Shown here: positions 10,798-21,160 of the stretch, piece by piece
How positions within the stretch are numbered: position 1 is the stretch's first letter
Layout of the letters: each line of letters begins with the position of its first letter
DNA from: a virus
Taxonomy: Duplodnaviria > Caudoviricetes
IMG/VR virus record: IMGVR_UViG_3300042940_001787
Span: 1 to 33,966 of that record
DNA length: 33,966 nt
Reading direction: 5' to 3' (one strand)
Made by a program: the position numbers and the translations under genes
Notes under the pieces: generated by a model
Told to the model about the DNA's origin: nothing
The model's database searches: none
Seen by the model: only the letters and a program-made list of their open reading frames with translations

Positions 10798-11473
10798 CCA
10801 GCTAATTGCTAACTCTAATGCTGCTGCGACCGCAAAAAAGGACGCTCTTGACAAGGCTTATGAGCGTATGACTACCGCTACCTTCGACGACCAGGGCAAC
10901 GTTTCCTACAAGAAAGATGCCCAGGGGAACCCCCTGTATGGCTCCATGGACGTTGATTACATGCAGCAGAAGAGGCAGGCGGGGGCCGGGGCTGAGTCTT
11001 CCGGCATGCTCAGATCGGGGCAGTATGCCAGGACCCTGGCCGAAGGACAGGCCGCATACCGTTCGGGCATTATCGGGGCGAGGGAAAGCACCACGGCGCA
11101 AAAGACACAGGTAGACCTTGACACCGCACAAAAGCAGGCGGAATACAAGGCGCTGTATGGAAACACCTCTTCCGGTGGCGGAACTGGTACCAGCACTGGC
11201 GCAGGAACTGGAACAGCGGCTGGTGGCCAAACCGGAATGACCGGGATTACTACGGTCCCCGGATTTGGCGGGACAACTACAGGAACAGCCCCCACGTCAA
11301 ACCTCACCCCAACCCAACAGCAGGGGCTGGCCAGGCGCAACACCGTCCCTGGTGGATTTGGGGCGACCAAGACTCCGACCCAGGCAACATCGGCCAAGCC
11401 CATCACCCGACCCAAGCCGGTAACAACGAAGCCCGGGCAGCGGGTTATGACCCCCGGAAGGAACATGCGCTAA
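10772..11473 (+). CDS. putative internal virion / ejection protein
   Basis: Gly/Thr/Gln-rich, low complexity, with a 'GMLRSG' motif; lies after the nozzle genes. Confidence 0.55.
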   Translation: MPTTQTYYDQLIANSNAAATAKKDALDKAYERMTTATFDDQGNVSYKKDAQGNPLYGSMDVDYMQQKRQAGAGAESSGMLRSGQYARTLAEGQAAYRSGIIGARESTTAQKTQVDLDTAQKQAEYKALYGNTSSGGGTGTSTGAGTGTAAGGQTGMTGITTVPGFGGTTTGTAPTSNLTPTQQQGLARRNTVPGGFGATKTPTQATSAKPITRPKPVTTKPGQRVMTPGRNMR

Positions 11474-11880
11474 TGGCCGACGGACCGATCAGAACAGGAA
11501 TCAACCAGCGCGAATCCCAGCTTCGCAGCGATGTCGACCGTATTTCCAATATGGGTCCGACTCTGCAGAATATTGCCGCCCAGACCTCCGGCCCCGAACA
11601 GTTCAATGTTGGGGACGTTCCGTCGGTTGGGTATCTCGCCAATCTCAAGGCCGGCGCTCAGATGTCTTCACAGGCCAGGGGGGATATGGCAAATCGTCAG
11701 ATCAACCGCCTGCCCCAGTATGTCAAGGGGTATCGCTCCTACCTTCAGTGGCGCTATCCCACTAGGTATGGCGGCGGGGGCGGTGGCTATGGCAGCCCCT
11801 CGGGAGGCGCATCCACGGACTATACTGGTATTCTCGGGCCGATGCCCGGGATTACTGGAGCGCCTGGAGTTAACGGCTAA
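11473..11880 (+). CDS. putative internal virion protein
   Basis: 135 aa, TAATG-coupled, with a Gly-rich C-terminus. Confidence 0.55.
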   Translation: MADGPIRTGINQRESQLRSDVDRISNMGPTLQNIAAQTSGPEQFNVGDVPSVGYLANLKAGAQMSSQARGDMANRQINRLPQYVKGYRSYLQWRYPTRYGGGGGGYGSPSGGASTDYTGILGPMPGITGAPGVNG

Positions 11881-11882
11881 AA

Positions 11883-13034
11883 ATGCTTGGGACTAAGACG
11901 GATCTGATTAAGGCTGCGAACGGAATCTTCCGTCCCCGCGTCGCGCCCCAGGTTGAACAGCCAACACCCCAGGCCCCGCCTTCCCCCTACGAGCAGGCGA
12001 TTTCGCGTCGCCTGGCGTTGTCGATGACGCCCGATCAAAGGCTTGCGTCTACAGAAGCGGCCCCTGGGGCATCAATGGCCCCCACGTCTTCATACCAAAA
12101 GCTTTTGTCCGGCGTTACTCGCCCCATGGGTGGGTTGTCCAGCAAGGGTAAATACGGGGGCTTCTATAGTGCCGGGGACCTTGAGTCCGCAATCTCGGGT
12201 TCGGCTATGCGTTTTGCCACCGAGGTTCCGTCGTACCTGCGCTCGCAGGCGGGACAGCGTTATAGCGATCTTGAAAGTATGTATGGCAAAGCCATGCTGG
12301 GCGGACAAAGCACTGTTGCCCAGCGGCAGGGTGGTGGATTCAGGGCTTTTGAGGAGGCTACGCAAAATAGGTCCCCCCTTCTCAGGGACTACGCCAATAA
12401 CGTTTTGGGCAACTGGTACGCACAAAATGCTGCCCCGGCCGAAGAATATCTTGCTACCGCTCAGCAGATTGAATCTACTCCCGTTTCTAACCTTGCCACG
12501 GCGATCGCCAGCCAGGCATATGGGATGAACCCGGACCTGGCCCGCGGAAAGTTTAGCGGTCTTGATCAAAGAATGTTTGAAGAGCGTCGCAACCAGCAGT
12601 ACATGAGCCAGTTTGGTGTTCCGTATGAACAGTACAAGTTCCAGCAGGACCAGCAGCTTGGTACGGCCCGTGAAATGGCCAAGTCGCAGGTAGCGGCAAT
12701 TGAGGCTGCGACAGGGATGAATCTCAGCCAAATCAGGGATTTCAGCGGTCTCAATGATACGGCCGTGTACAACGCATTGACCATGGGTGATGTCCAGTAC
12801 GAACAAGACGGCGAGATTGTTTCATCCCCTGCGGCGTCTGTTGTTCAAGAGGCATTGGGAATGTTCAATTCGGGCGATGAAGAGGGTCTCAACTCATTCA
12901 TTGAAAATATCCGCCAGTCCGAGGGGCAATCCGACGTTGCAAGACTCATCGAGGCCATTGTTGGCCTGCAGGCACGTAAGTCATCCAGGAACATCGGTTA
13001 TCTTGAGGACTACTGGTTGAACACGGGGCAGTAA
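11883..13034 (+). CDS. putative internal virion / ejection protein
   Basis: 383 aa, helical and Gln/Ala-rich, directly upstream of the giant ORF. Confidence 0.55.
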   Translation: MLGTKTDLIKAANGIFRPRVAPQVEQPTPQAPPSPYEQAISRRLALSMTPDQRLASTEAAPGASMAPTSSYQKLLSGVTRPMGGLSSKGKYGGFYSAGDLESAISGSAMRFATEVPSYLRSQAGQRYSDLESMYGKAMLGGQSTVAQRQGGGFRAFEEATQNRSPLLRDYANNVLGNWYAQNAAPAEEYLATAQQIESTPVSNLATAIASQAYGMNPDLARGKFSGLDQRMFEERRNQQYMSQFGVPYEQYKFQQDQQLGTAREMAKSQVAAIEAATGMNLSQIRDFSGLNDTAVYNALTMGDVQYEQDGEIVSSPAASVVQEALGMFNSGDEEGLNSFIENIRQSEGQSDVARLIEAIVGLQARKSSRNIGYLEDYWLNTGQ

Positions 13035-16000
13035 ATGGCAGAGCAACCCAAACCGCCATTCCCGTTTATTCCTACGCCGACGACCACTCCCGGCCGGTCG
13101 GGTCAGCTGCAGGCTGTCGCGCCAGTCCAGCCCCTCGCACCCGCCGCCACACTCGCCCCGATTAAGCCCATTACCCCGGGGCAGATCAAGCCGCGCCTTG
13201 GCCAGCCCAAGACGTCACCCGGCAAGATGAAGTCACCTGGTCCAAAACTCGGGTTTGACCCTGCACAAACAGTCATCAAACGCCTCGGGACCGAAGCCGA
13301 AATGGGCGGTCGCTTGATCGTTAATGCTATCCCCGGAATGGCTACATTCTTGGGTGGTCTTGCAGCCGACACCAAGGGTCTTCTGTGGAACAAACTTATG
13401 CAGGGGGAAGAGTATGACGCCAACACCGCTCAGATGGTGTGGAATTCTCTTGGGTCAACTGCTGGGTTGGTTTACGATGCCAAGCCAGGGCGCGGCTGGG
13501 GGGCAAGGTGGGGAGATTACTGGCAGGGTCTTAAGGAGGGTACGCCGATTACGCAGCTTCTTCTTGAAGATGTTGGAAACGTTACAATCGTCGGCGGCGC
13601 ACTCTCAAAGGGCGCTTCGCTCGGCGCTAAGGGCCTTGAGACAGGGGCGGCCTGGAATGTCGCCAGTGCTTCCCGGGCAGGGAACGTTTCAAGGTCTGCT
13701 CCCAAAATGTACGCGGCTGCAGAAAGACTTTCCGGCGTAAGCAAGGGTATTAGAACAACCATGGCCCCCGTCAACAGGGCCATGATGCTTCCGATCAAGC
13801 CGTGGTTTTGGACTGCCGGACAGCTAGGCAAACTGGTCCGTAACGGTGCTTATCTTGGGAACGGATACCTAGCCTGGGGCGAGAAGGCGGCGACTGTTTA
13901 TCGACGAAAGGCCGGAGAAACATTTGACAAGATGAAGGATGTTCCTCGCAACAGTGAAGAATTCTCCCTTCTCAACGAAGAATACAACACGTTCAGGAGA
14001 AAGGCAGAACGCAGCGAACGCTGGTCACGTGGTTGGAAGTTTCGGCGCGAGGCATCAGCTGTGGCCCGATCTGCAAGAGACGAAGCGGGACGCGCCTCGC
14101 GCGACATTATTGAAGAAGCAAAGCGCCCGCTGCACAAGGGAGAAACAGACCCCGAAACTGGCGTTACGTATGGCGACCTGAGCATTACCGAACAGGGCGC
14201 GGTATTGGCGGCTCTCGATGGACACGCCCAGCTTCTGTCGCAGCTTTCAAAGCGTTTGGGAATTCCTATTGAAGAGTTGACTCTACTGTCCCGCTATAAT
14301 GCCGCCGAGGGCAAATGGATGACCCCCGAATCGGCCGCTATGGCTGCTGACTTCCTGGACGGCGCTCCCGGCATGAGTCGTATGCAGTATGACCGCCTTG
14401 CCCGCGCGGTTGAAAACGTTGCAAAGTCAATTGCCTCTCAGACTAGCGAAAAGATCATCGGCCTTGGCCGCAAAAGTCCACTTTCTCCGCACCATCTCGT
14501 TCCGGTCCCCGTTGTTGAATATCTTCGCGCCCGTCTTATCGCGGCAGGGCTTGACGACATTGTTGAATTCATGGACAGGGTTGACCACGTTTGGGAACTT
14601 GAGGTCAATGACCCTGACAGGATCGCCCTCCTGCAGTCAATTGTTGAAATCCTGCCTGACGAGATCGCTCTCGACTCTCAGATTTACCCCTCTCCTATGC
14701 GTCCGATCGTCGAGGCGTATCTCCGCATCAGGCGCAATCTTGAGCGCGAAGCCATTGAGGGTGGCACCGGGGAGTTCCCCACATCTCCCAAGTCGGGTCA
14801 GCCCGGAGCCGCTCGTCGCATGGCCGACAAAGCCGGAAGGCTGGCTGACAGGATCAAGGAAAGGATTGATGATCTTGGGAATAGGATTGCCCGCCTGGAG
14901 GAGAAACACGCCAAGTCGGTTGACGACCTCCGAAGACTTGACATCATTGAAGCCCATGTCACTAAAAACCAGCCGGCCCAAAGTCTCGCCGACGAGTTCA
15001 ACGTCCCTGTTCAGGAGATCAACAAGATTCTTGGCAATAGCAGGCTGGTTCAGAGCCATCGCAGAATGCGCCGCCTGTACGAAGAGTACCTCAAAATCCA
15101 GGCAAGAGCCCAGGTTCTAGGCGTTGACGACCTGACCAACCGCTCAATCCTGGAGTCAGAAATCGCCCAGCTAGAAGTTGAGGCCAGGGATGCAAAGGCA
15201 GCGTACGACCTGGAAGTCGCCCGCCTCCAGCAAGAAAGGGCTGCCGTTGACGAAACAATCGAAGTTCTCGAAGAGGACATGGACGGGCTCACCGACGAGA
15301 TGTTCGACGCGGAGGACGATTACATCGATGCCGGTGGCGATCCGGAAGACCTGAATGGTCCCGACGAAACCCTTGCGGAACTTGGTATTGGTCCGGCGCT
15401 TGATGAGGCAAACGTCGATTTTCTTGCCAGGGCTCTCGCCGATGATCCTCAATCCCTGCAGGAAATGGAAGCCGTTCTTCAGCAGAAGGCTTACCTTGAA
15501 GAGCAGATTGCAATTCTTGAAAACCCCACCCCCGAAGAAATTTCCGCGGCAAAGGGTGGACGAATTGCTGAAGCATCTCAAGAGATTGTCAATCTCATGG
15601 ATGAGGCAGAACAGTTTCTTGGCGCCGGGCCGGTCAACGGTCAAATGCGTTTCTACCTTACCCCCGTCAAGGGGAAGCCTGAGTGGGACTGGTGGTATCT
15701 CCTGGACGGGAAAACCAGGAAACGCTGGGGCATGCAGTACTTCCACAGCGAGTCTTCTATTGTGTTGGGCAAGGGCGGAAAAGCCAAGAGGGTCAATTGG
15801 GTCAAGGGCGGAATTGATGGCCTGACCGAACCCCTCAATCTTTCCCCCGACGAATGGGGCGCGAAGTTCATCAACTGGGCCGAGCGTGTTGATGCCGCAA
15901 GGGGGAGACTGAAAGACGCACGGGCGGAAGAACTTACCCCCGCTGAATACAATGCCAAAAACGCCGAGTTGACCCAGGCGTATGACGAGCTTAGTAATCT

Positions 16001-19000
16001 CATTGCAGAGTATGGCCTCAACGACGATGCCATTGCTGCGACTCTGAGGGCCAGGGAGATCGTTGATGGTGGCGGAAAGCTTGCCCCGCCCTCTGCCGAA
16101 TCCCCCACGCCGCGCCTTGCCGCCCCCTCCAAAAAGCCGGAGTTGCCCGAAGGCGACGCCGAGGCATTCCTGGACAGACATGATGGCTGGGAGTTGTATT
16201 ACTCGTCAGAAGATCTTGGCGGAATATCGGAGTATGAATATTTCCAAGAACTAGTTGACATGAAGCGGACGCTCCTGGACAGCTATCAACGGTTCCAGGC
16301 AATGAAGCTTGCCATGGAACAGCCCGATCAATACCCAATGCCGGATATCCCCGAACAGTACAGCGGAATTAGTATCCGCGAGGTCAACACAAATTTGAGA
16401 CAATTGGGGACGGACATCGCCGATCTTGAGGGTCAGATTAGGGACATGATCCGCAGGGCGTCTGAAGTTCCGGTGTCACAGCGTCTTTTGCCCCCTGAAC
16501 TGGCTGATAATCCCCGCATTGTTGAACTTCAATCCAGGGCTGCAGAAATTGAAAAACAGATTGCGGAAGCTAGAGAATCTGATAACTATTTTTCCGGCGA
16601 GGGATATGCTCGCAGGAAAGAATTAGACCGTGAATTAGCGGTTGTACGGGCGGAAATTGAAACCTTCACACAACCAGTCTCCGAATCTGATGTTGTTGCA
16701 CTTCGGGAAGAATATGGTGGTGTTCCGGGCGGTAAGTGGAAGCGCGGAAATGTCGAGTGGTATACACGAAGCGAAATGGCCAGGGAAGGCGATGGCCCGG
16801 GTTACTATACGCCGCAAAATGTACCCAAGGGTGATATTGAACCCGATCGCCTATACAACTGGTTATTGCCCGATTTTCTCGAAGATCGTCCGCAGGATGG
16901 ACTGTTTGTCCGTATTGACAAAGCCCCCAAAGGGTTCGTTGTCGGCGCCGATCCAAGTATCACAATAGCAGTTCCCCCAACATGGTCAGAATTTAAATCA
17001 CGTCTTGACGAAATTATTTCCCGGATTGAGGGTGGACGCAGGGGCGGCCTGGGCAGAGAAGATTTCTATCGTGATAGATATATTGACGGCACAAATAAAG
17101 AAGCTGCCGTTCTACCCGAGGTTAAAAGGCTTCTCAAATTCGTCGAGAAGAAGATCGCTGATGGGGAAACCGTTATCTATGAATCTGGTTCTCCCGCCGC
17201 GATGCCCCGTCTTTCTCCCGCCCCCGCTGTCGCCCCACAAACAAACCCTGCAAACCTCCCGGCATCAGAAATTCCCAACTGGCACTTGTCTACTTCTTCT
17301 AGCGGTTTTCAGAAACAAGCCATAGAGCCGTATTCGGTTGGTAAAAACAAAAACCTGGTTGGCGGTGTTCGTTTTTACCCGCCGGGCGAACCGATGAGTC
17401 GATACCAAGCAAGAAATTCGTTTGGTTACGACTTGATGGAAAACTCCACAATCAACGATGCGATCGCAGCGCTTGAGGATGTTGTTAAAAACCTTGAAAA
17501 AGCTGTTGACCGCGCAGAAAATGGTAATCCAAGTGAATTCCAATTGGGCGGTCTGTGGTCCCAGGTTCCTGGTGAAATGTTTTGGTCACGCTACAGCTAC
17601 ACAACAAACACCCCAGAAATGCTCGCCCAGGCAAAGCTTGTTCTCGACGAAGCGCAAGGCCAACTAAACTTCCTTCGCAATGCTGCGCGTGGCAGAAAGT
17701 CTGCCCCCGCAAGGATGCCTGTTCCCGATGACAGTATCCCCAACGTTGACGAACGAAAGGCTGTCTACGAAAACGATGTCACCCGCGCCCTCTTTGAAAA
17801 GCAGGTCAAGGCCCTCGAAGATGCTCAAACTGCCAAGGAAAAGCTCAAGGCTCTCGATGACCTCCTGATCGCGGCGGAGAGAAACAAGGCTGCATATCAG
17901 ATGTTTGTTGACCAGTTCAACAGGCACAAGGCCAAGCGCTTGTCTATTCTTGACATTCCAAACAAAATTTCCAGGCTGCAAGGTCAGCTGGCAACCCAGC
18001 AGGAACGACTCGCAACGGCAGAGGCCATCCGCGCCGGCATTCTTGAAAGCGAGGCATTCCGAACACTTGAGGAGATGCCGGCGAACTTCCCGCTGACCAA
18101 CGCCCTCGACCCTGACGTCAACTACCCCAGCAGCATGATTCCAATCGACATGGGTGGTGGCGAGTTTATGTCGCCCATTGGCCCCGGCTACGTTCCTGGC
18201 GGAACAAGGACAAGGAGCTACGGCGGCCTGCCTGCTTACGAAGTCCGCGAAGGCATGGAGGGGTGGGTTGACCCCGCCTCCTCAAAGCGCCGCATTGGCG
18301 ACAGGGAGAACATTTTTAACCTTTCAGATCTCGCCGCAAGGGTTGCTGCCGAAGGTGAAAACGTTGTTCAAAACGAGGCTTACCGACTTGTTGTTGCCCA
18401 GCACGGGCGTCTGCCAAAGGACGTTATGGGTGAAGATCTGTTTAATCAGATGTTTGACGAGGCGTCCCGTGAAGCCAAAAACCTCGCTTCGGAAGAACAC
18501 TACGCCATGGTTGGCGATATCCCTCCCGATGATTACATCGCCGGAATCGGTGCGGGGGCTCCGGGAACGCGCAATCCGGCGTGGCTGCTTGAGGCGGCAA
18601 CAAGAATGATTCTTGGAGAAAAGATTGCCAACTGGATGAGGTCTCGCGGCCTTGAACCGGTCGATCCCTATCGTCGTCTTGGGTACAGGTTTAAGGCCCA
18701 CAACATCGGTGAAGAGACCTACTTCGTCCCGGAGTACATTCCCAAGGCAATCACCAGGATGACATCCATCTTGAATCCCGAGCAGCTTCGTGGTCTCAAC
18801 CTGGTTGCTGCCCAAATCAACAAAGTCTTTAAAACCTCCACTCTTGCCTTTTCCATCATGTGGCAGATTGGCGACATCACTACCGCCATGATCCTCGCCC
18901 GTATGACCGGGGTGGATTTTGGGACGATGATCAGCCAAATGAAGAAGGTTTACCAGGAAGAGTATGGCTCTGTCCGCTCCATGTACGACCCCAACTTTGA

Positions 19001-20147
19001 GCGAGCAGATATCGGAGAGCGCGGAAAGTTGGCGTTGTCGTCCCCCGTCCAGGACGTTAGCGTTTCTACTGCGGAAACCAGGTTCCTCCGCAACCTGCCT
19101 CCCGTTATCGGGAAGAAGCCAGTTCTGTCCAGGCTGGGACCCCCGGGGCGCATGGTCCAGGGTCTTGCCGAACGCTCGTTCAAGTTGAACGAAACTCTCA
19201 ACAGAATCTCTCGCCACGCCTTTTTCCTGGAACAGCTCCAGCGGATCCTGAAGAAGAACGGAACCGACCTCGACACTGTTATTGCTGATGGAAGCTGGAA
19301 GAACAACCGCGAAATCCGAGCTGCGATCAACGAGGCCGCAGCCACTGCAAACAAGTGGCTAGGTGACTTTACCGACCTGACCATCGCAGAACGTCGTTAC
19401 GTTTCTCTTGCTTTCCCGTTCTACGCCTGGACAAAGCACATCCACAAGGTTTTCTATGCGCTTGGAAAGGATCATCCGCAGAGCCTGGCGTGGTACATGT
19501 ACATGGGGACTTTGGGAAGCGATGTCGAGAATGACCCACTGGACCTCAGGTTGGGAACGATTCCCGTCTTTGGCGGTGCCGCTTCCATCAACTTCCTCAA
19601 CCCAATTGCTGACGTTGTTGAGGGCCCCATTGGTAGCCTTCTTCTCAAGGGTGACCCGACGAAGCTTGGTCGAGCCACGGGGCCCGCCGTTCGTCTCCCC
19701 GCTGGTCTCGTCGGACTCGATGTTGCCAGGATGGACAGGCTGCGTCGTCCTGCTGGCACTGGGATGTACACACAGACCGGTCTTGAGCAGGCCGGCCTCC
19801 TGAACCCCTCCGACCCTGCAAGTTACTCTGCTTCTCTCGGCTATGCCCTCCAGCAGTTCCCCGTCGCCACGCGCCTGATGAGCCTGCTCCCAACCGGAGA
19901 AATCCCCGGTACGAACATTGCTACTGGCCCCGTTCTGCGGTACTCAACTGGAGAGGCCAGGACACAGGGGCGAAGCGATGTCCCGGTCATGCAGCCTGGC
20001 GGTCAGCTGGCGGCGGCTGGACGCCTGTTCTCGTTCCCGTTCATCCCGTCCCGCTCTGACCAGCAGATCGCAGATGTCTACGCCAGCGCGAAGATCAGGC
20101 TCAAGTCCCTGGAGAAGCTCAAGAAGCGGGCTGAGCAAAATGACTAA
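13035..20147 (+). CDS. giant (2370 aa) putative DNA-ejection / polyvalent virion protein
   Basis: Uninterrupted 7.1-kb ORF with a Pro-rich N-terminus, coiled coils, and a C-terminal 'FPFYAW' helical region like those of large podovirus ejection proteins. Confidence 0.7.
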   Translation: MAEQPKPPFPFIPTPTTTPGRSGQLQAVAPVQPLAPAATLAPIKPITPGQIKPRLGQPKTSPGKMKSPGPKLGFDPAQTVIKRLGTEAEMGGRLIVNAIPGMATFLGGLAADTKGLLWNKLMQGEEYDANTAQMVWNSLGSTAGLVYDAKPGRGWGARWGDYWQGLKEGTPITQLLLEDVGNVTIVGGALSKGASLGAKGLETGAAWNVASASRAGNVSRSAPKMYAAAERLSGVSKGIRTTMAPVNRAMMLPIKPWFWTAGQLGKLVRNGAYLGNGYLAWGEKAATVYRRKAGETFDKMKDVPRNSEEFSLLNEEYNTFRRKAERSERWSRGWKFRREASAVARSARDEAGRASRDIIEEAKRPLHKGETDPETGVTYGDLSITEQGAVLAALDGHAQLLSQLSKRLGIPIEELTLLSRYNAAEGKWMTPESAAMAADFLDGAPGMSRMQYDRLARAVENVAKSIASQTSEKIIGLGRKSPLSPHHLVPVPVVEYLRARLIAAGLDDIVEFMDRVDHVWELEVNDPDRIALLQSIVEILPDEIALDSQIYPSPMRPIVEAYLRIRRNLEREAIEGGTGEFPTSPKSGQPGAARRMADKAGRLADRIKERIDDLGNRIARLEEKHAKSVDDLRRLDIIEAHVTKNQPAQSLADEFNVPVQEINKILGNSRLVQSHRRMRRLYEEYLKIQARAQVLGVDDLTNRSILESEIAQLEVEARDAKAAYDLEVARLQQERAAVDETIEVLEEDMDGLTDEMFDAEDDYIDAGGDPEDLNGPDETLAELGIGPALDEANVDFLARALADDPQSLQEMEAVLQQKAYLEEQIAILENPTPEEISAAKGGRIAEASQEIVNLMDEAEQFLGAGPVNGQMRFYLTPVKGKPEWDWWYLLDGKTRKRWGMQYFHSESSIVLGKGGKAKRVNWVKGGIDGLTEPLNLSPDEWGAKFINWAERVDAARGRLKDARAEELTPAEYNAKNAELTQAYDELSNLIAEYGLNDDAIAATLRAREIVDGGGKLAPPSAESPTPRLAAPSKKPELPEGDAEAFLDRHDGWELYYSSEDLGGISEYEYFQELVDMKRTLLDSYQRFQAMKLAMEQPDQYPMPDIPEQYSGISIREVNTNLRQLGTDIADLEGQIRDMIRRASEVPVSQRLLPPELADNPRIVELQSRAAEIEKQIAEARESDNYFSGEGYARRKELDRELAVVRAEIETFTQPVSESDVVALREEYGGVPGGKWKRGNVEWYTRSEMAREGDGPGYYTPQNVPKGDIEPDRLYNWLLPDFLEDRPQDGLFVRIDKAPKGFVVGADPSITIAVPPTWSEFKSRLDEIISRIEGGRRGGLGREDFYRDRYIDGTNKEAAVLPEVKRLLKFVEKKIADGETVIYESGSPAAMPRLSPAPAVAPQTNPANLPASEIPNWHLSTSSSGFQKQAIEPYSVGKNKNLVGGVRFYPPGEPMSRYQARNSFGYDLMENSTINDAIAALEDVVKNLEKAVDRAENGNPSEFQLGGLWSQVPGEMFWSRYSYTTNTPEMLAQAKLVLDEAQGQLNFLRNAARGRKSAPARMPVPDDSIPNVDERKAVYENDVTRALFEKQVKALEDAQTAKEKLKALDDLLIAAERNKAAYQMFVDQFNRHKAKRLSILDIPNKISRLQGQLATQQERLATAEAIRAGILESEAFRTLEEMPANFPLTNALDPDVNYPSSMIPIDMGGGEFMSPIGPGYVPGGTRTRSYGGLPAYEVREGMEGWVDPASSKRRIGDRENIFNLSDLAARVAAEGENVVQNEAYRLVVAQHGRLPKDVMGEDLFNQMFDEASREAKNLASEEHYAMVGDIPPDDYIAGIGAGAPGTRNPAWLLEAATRMILGEKIANWMRSRGLEPVDPYRRLGYRFKAHNIGEETYFVPEYIPKAITRMTSILNPEQLRGLNLVAAQINKVFKTSTLAFSIMWQIGDITTAMILARMTGVDFGTMISQMKKVYQEEYGSVRSMYDPNFERADIGERGKLALSSPVQDVSVSTAETRFLRNLPPVIGKKPVLSRLGPPGRMVQGLAERSFKLNETLNRISRHAFFLEQLQRILKKNGTDLDTVIADGSWKNNREIRAAINEAAATANKWLGDFTDLTIAERRYVSLAFPFYAWTKHIHKVFYALGKDHPQSLAWYMYMGTLGSDVENDPLDLRLGTIPVFGGAASINFLNPIADVVEGPIGSLLLKGDPTKLGRATGPAVRLPAGLVGLDVARMDRLRRPAGTGMYTQTGLEQAGLLNPSDPASYSASLGYALQQFPVATRLMSLLPTGEIPGTNIATGPVLRYSTGEARTQGRSDVPVMQPGGQLAAAGRLFSFPFIPSRSDQQIADVYASAKIRLKSLEKLKKRAEQND

Positions 20148-20517
20148 ATACAGCCTGACCGTATCGGGACGCCGGCCCTGGACTACCAACCAGGAGCGCA
20201 AGCGGGGTTCCCACTACGAACGGTCAGAGCAGACAAAGTGGTGGCGTGAGGCGTTCCGTGATGCCGCCCTGGAGGCGAACATCCCCCACTTCCAGGCGAT
20301 AACAATCGAGGTAACCCCTATCCTCCCTGACCGCAAAATCCAGGACACCGGGGCGTGCTATCCAGCAGCTAAAGCAGCTATTGATGGTCTAGTAGATGCT
20401 GGTGTTATTGATGATGATGCCCCTAAGTACGTCCCTACCATCACATTCCATTCTCCTGTATTATCTAACTACGCGGGCCTAGAGGTCCTTATCACACCGG
20501 AGATAGAGAATGAATAA
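20140..20517 (+). CDS. rusA: RusA-like Holliday junction resolvase
   Basis: Start moved to ATG 20140. 'PWTTN...DTGACYPAAKAAIDGLVDAGVIDDD' is a variant of the RusA DxDN..K...D.L...DD signature. Confidence 0.7.
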   Translation: MTKYSLTVSGRRPWTTNQERKRGSHYERSEQTKWWREAFRDAALEANIPHFQAITIEVTPILPDRKIQDTGACYPAAKAAIDGLVDAGVIDDDAPKYVPTITFHSPVLSNYAGLEVLITPEIENE

Positions 20518-20812
20518 GGGCATCAAGAAGCTCGCAGAATCCAAGGCCGACAAGGATAAGGACAAGAAGGGGAGGGTTGTCCCACTGGATTACGTTGACC
20601 CCGCTGTTGGTCCCCGTGGTGGCGGTTCTTTCTCTGATTTTAGTGGAAAGAATACGATCTACACACCTGCAAAAAGTGGAGAAGTTCTTGGAACCGAGGG
20701 GCCAATTCGCGGAGCAAGGACCTACGAAGGTGGCGGCAAGTTGAGTAAAAAGGTTACCTTTTACCGTTCCCCCTCTCAGCGCTATGACACCATGTACCGG
20801 GGGCGGAGATAA
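20510..20812 (+). CDS. hypothetical basic protein
   Basis: 100-aa ORF with a GGAG RBS. Confidence 0.65.
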   Translation: MNKGIKKLAESKADKDKDKKGRVVPLDYVDPAVGPRGGGSFSDFSGKNTIYTPAKSGEVLGTEGPIRGARTYEGGGKLSKKVTFYRSPSQRYDTMYRGRR

Positions 20813-20814
20813 CT

Positions 20815-21015
20815 ATGAAGTGTCCCAAGTGCGGTAAAAAGAATTGCTCCTGCGGTGTTAAGGGCGCACTCGCCAAGAAGAAGGTCGAGAAGGTCATGGG
20901 CGAATACAAGCGCGGCACTCTGCATTCAGGCAAGGGCGGCCCCGTTGTGAAGAAGCGCGATCAGGCTATCGCCATCGCCTTGAGCGAGGCCCGTAGGCGA
21001 AATGGGTCAAAGTAA
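20815..21015 (+). CDS. small basic protein, DUF6496-like, with N-terminal Cys cluster
   Basis: 'KVEKVMGEYKRGTLHSG...QAIAIALSEAR' recalled as DUF6496-like; CPKC...CSC at the N-terminus. Confidence 0.7.
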   Translation: MKCPKCGKKNCSCGVKGALAKKKVEKVMGEYKRGTLHSGKGGPVVKKRDQAIAIALSEARRRNGSK

Positions 21016-21160
21016 GAAGTTTTGGGATACACCCAACCCGAATGCCAAATCCGCCAAGCTGAGCCTGGCAAAGAAAAAGGCAGCTAAGGCCAGGGCAAGA
21101 AAGGCCGGTCGGCCGTACCCCAACCTCGTCGACAACGCATGGGCAAAGAGAAATGGCTAG
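21002..21160 (+). CDS. small basic protein (not in ORF track)
   Basis: MGQSKKFWDTPNPNAKSAKLSLAKKKAAKARARKAGRPYPNLVDNAWAKRNG*, 52 aa, filling the gap with overlaps at both ends. Confidence 0.7.
   Translation: MGQSKKFWDTPNPNAKSAKLSLAKKKAAKARARKAGRPYPNLVDNAWAKRNG

Noticed and set aside
13035-20147. Tape-measure protein or virion RNA polymerase
   Set aside because: No tail tube or chaperone genes, the context is podovirus-like, and no polymerase motifs were recognised.
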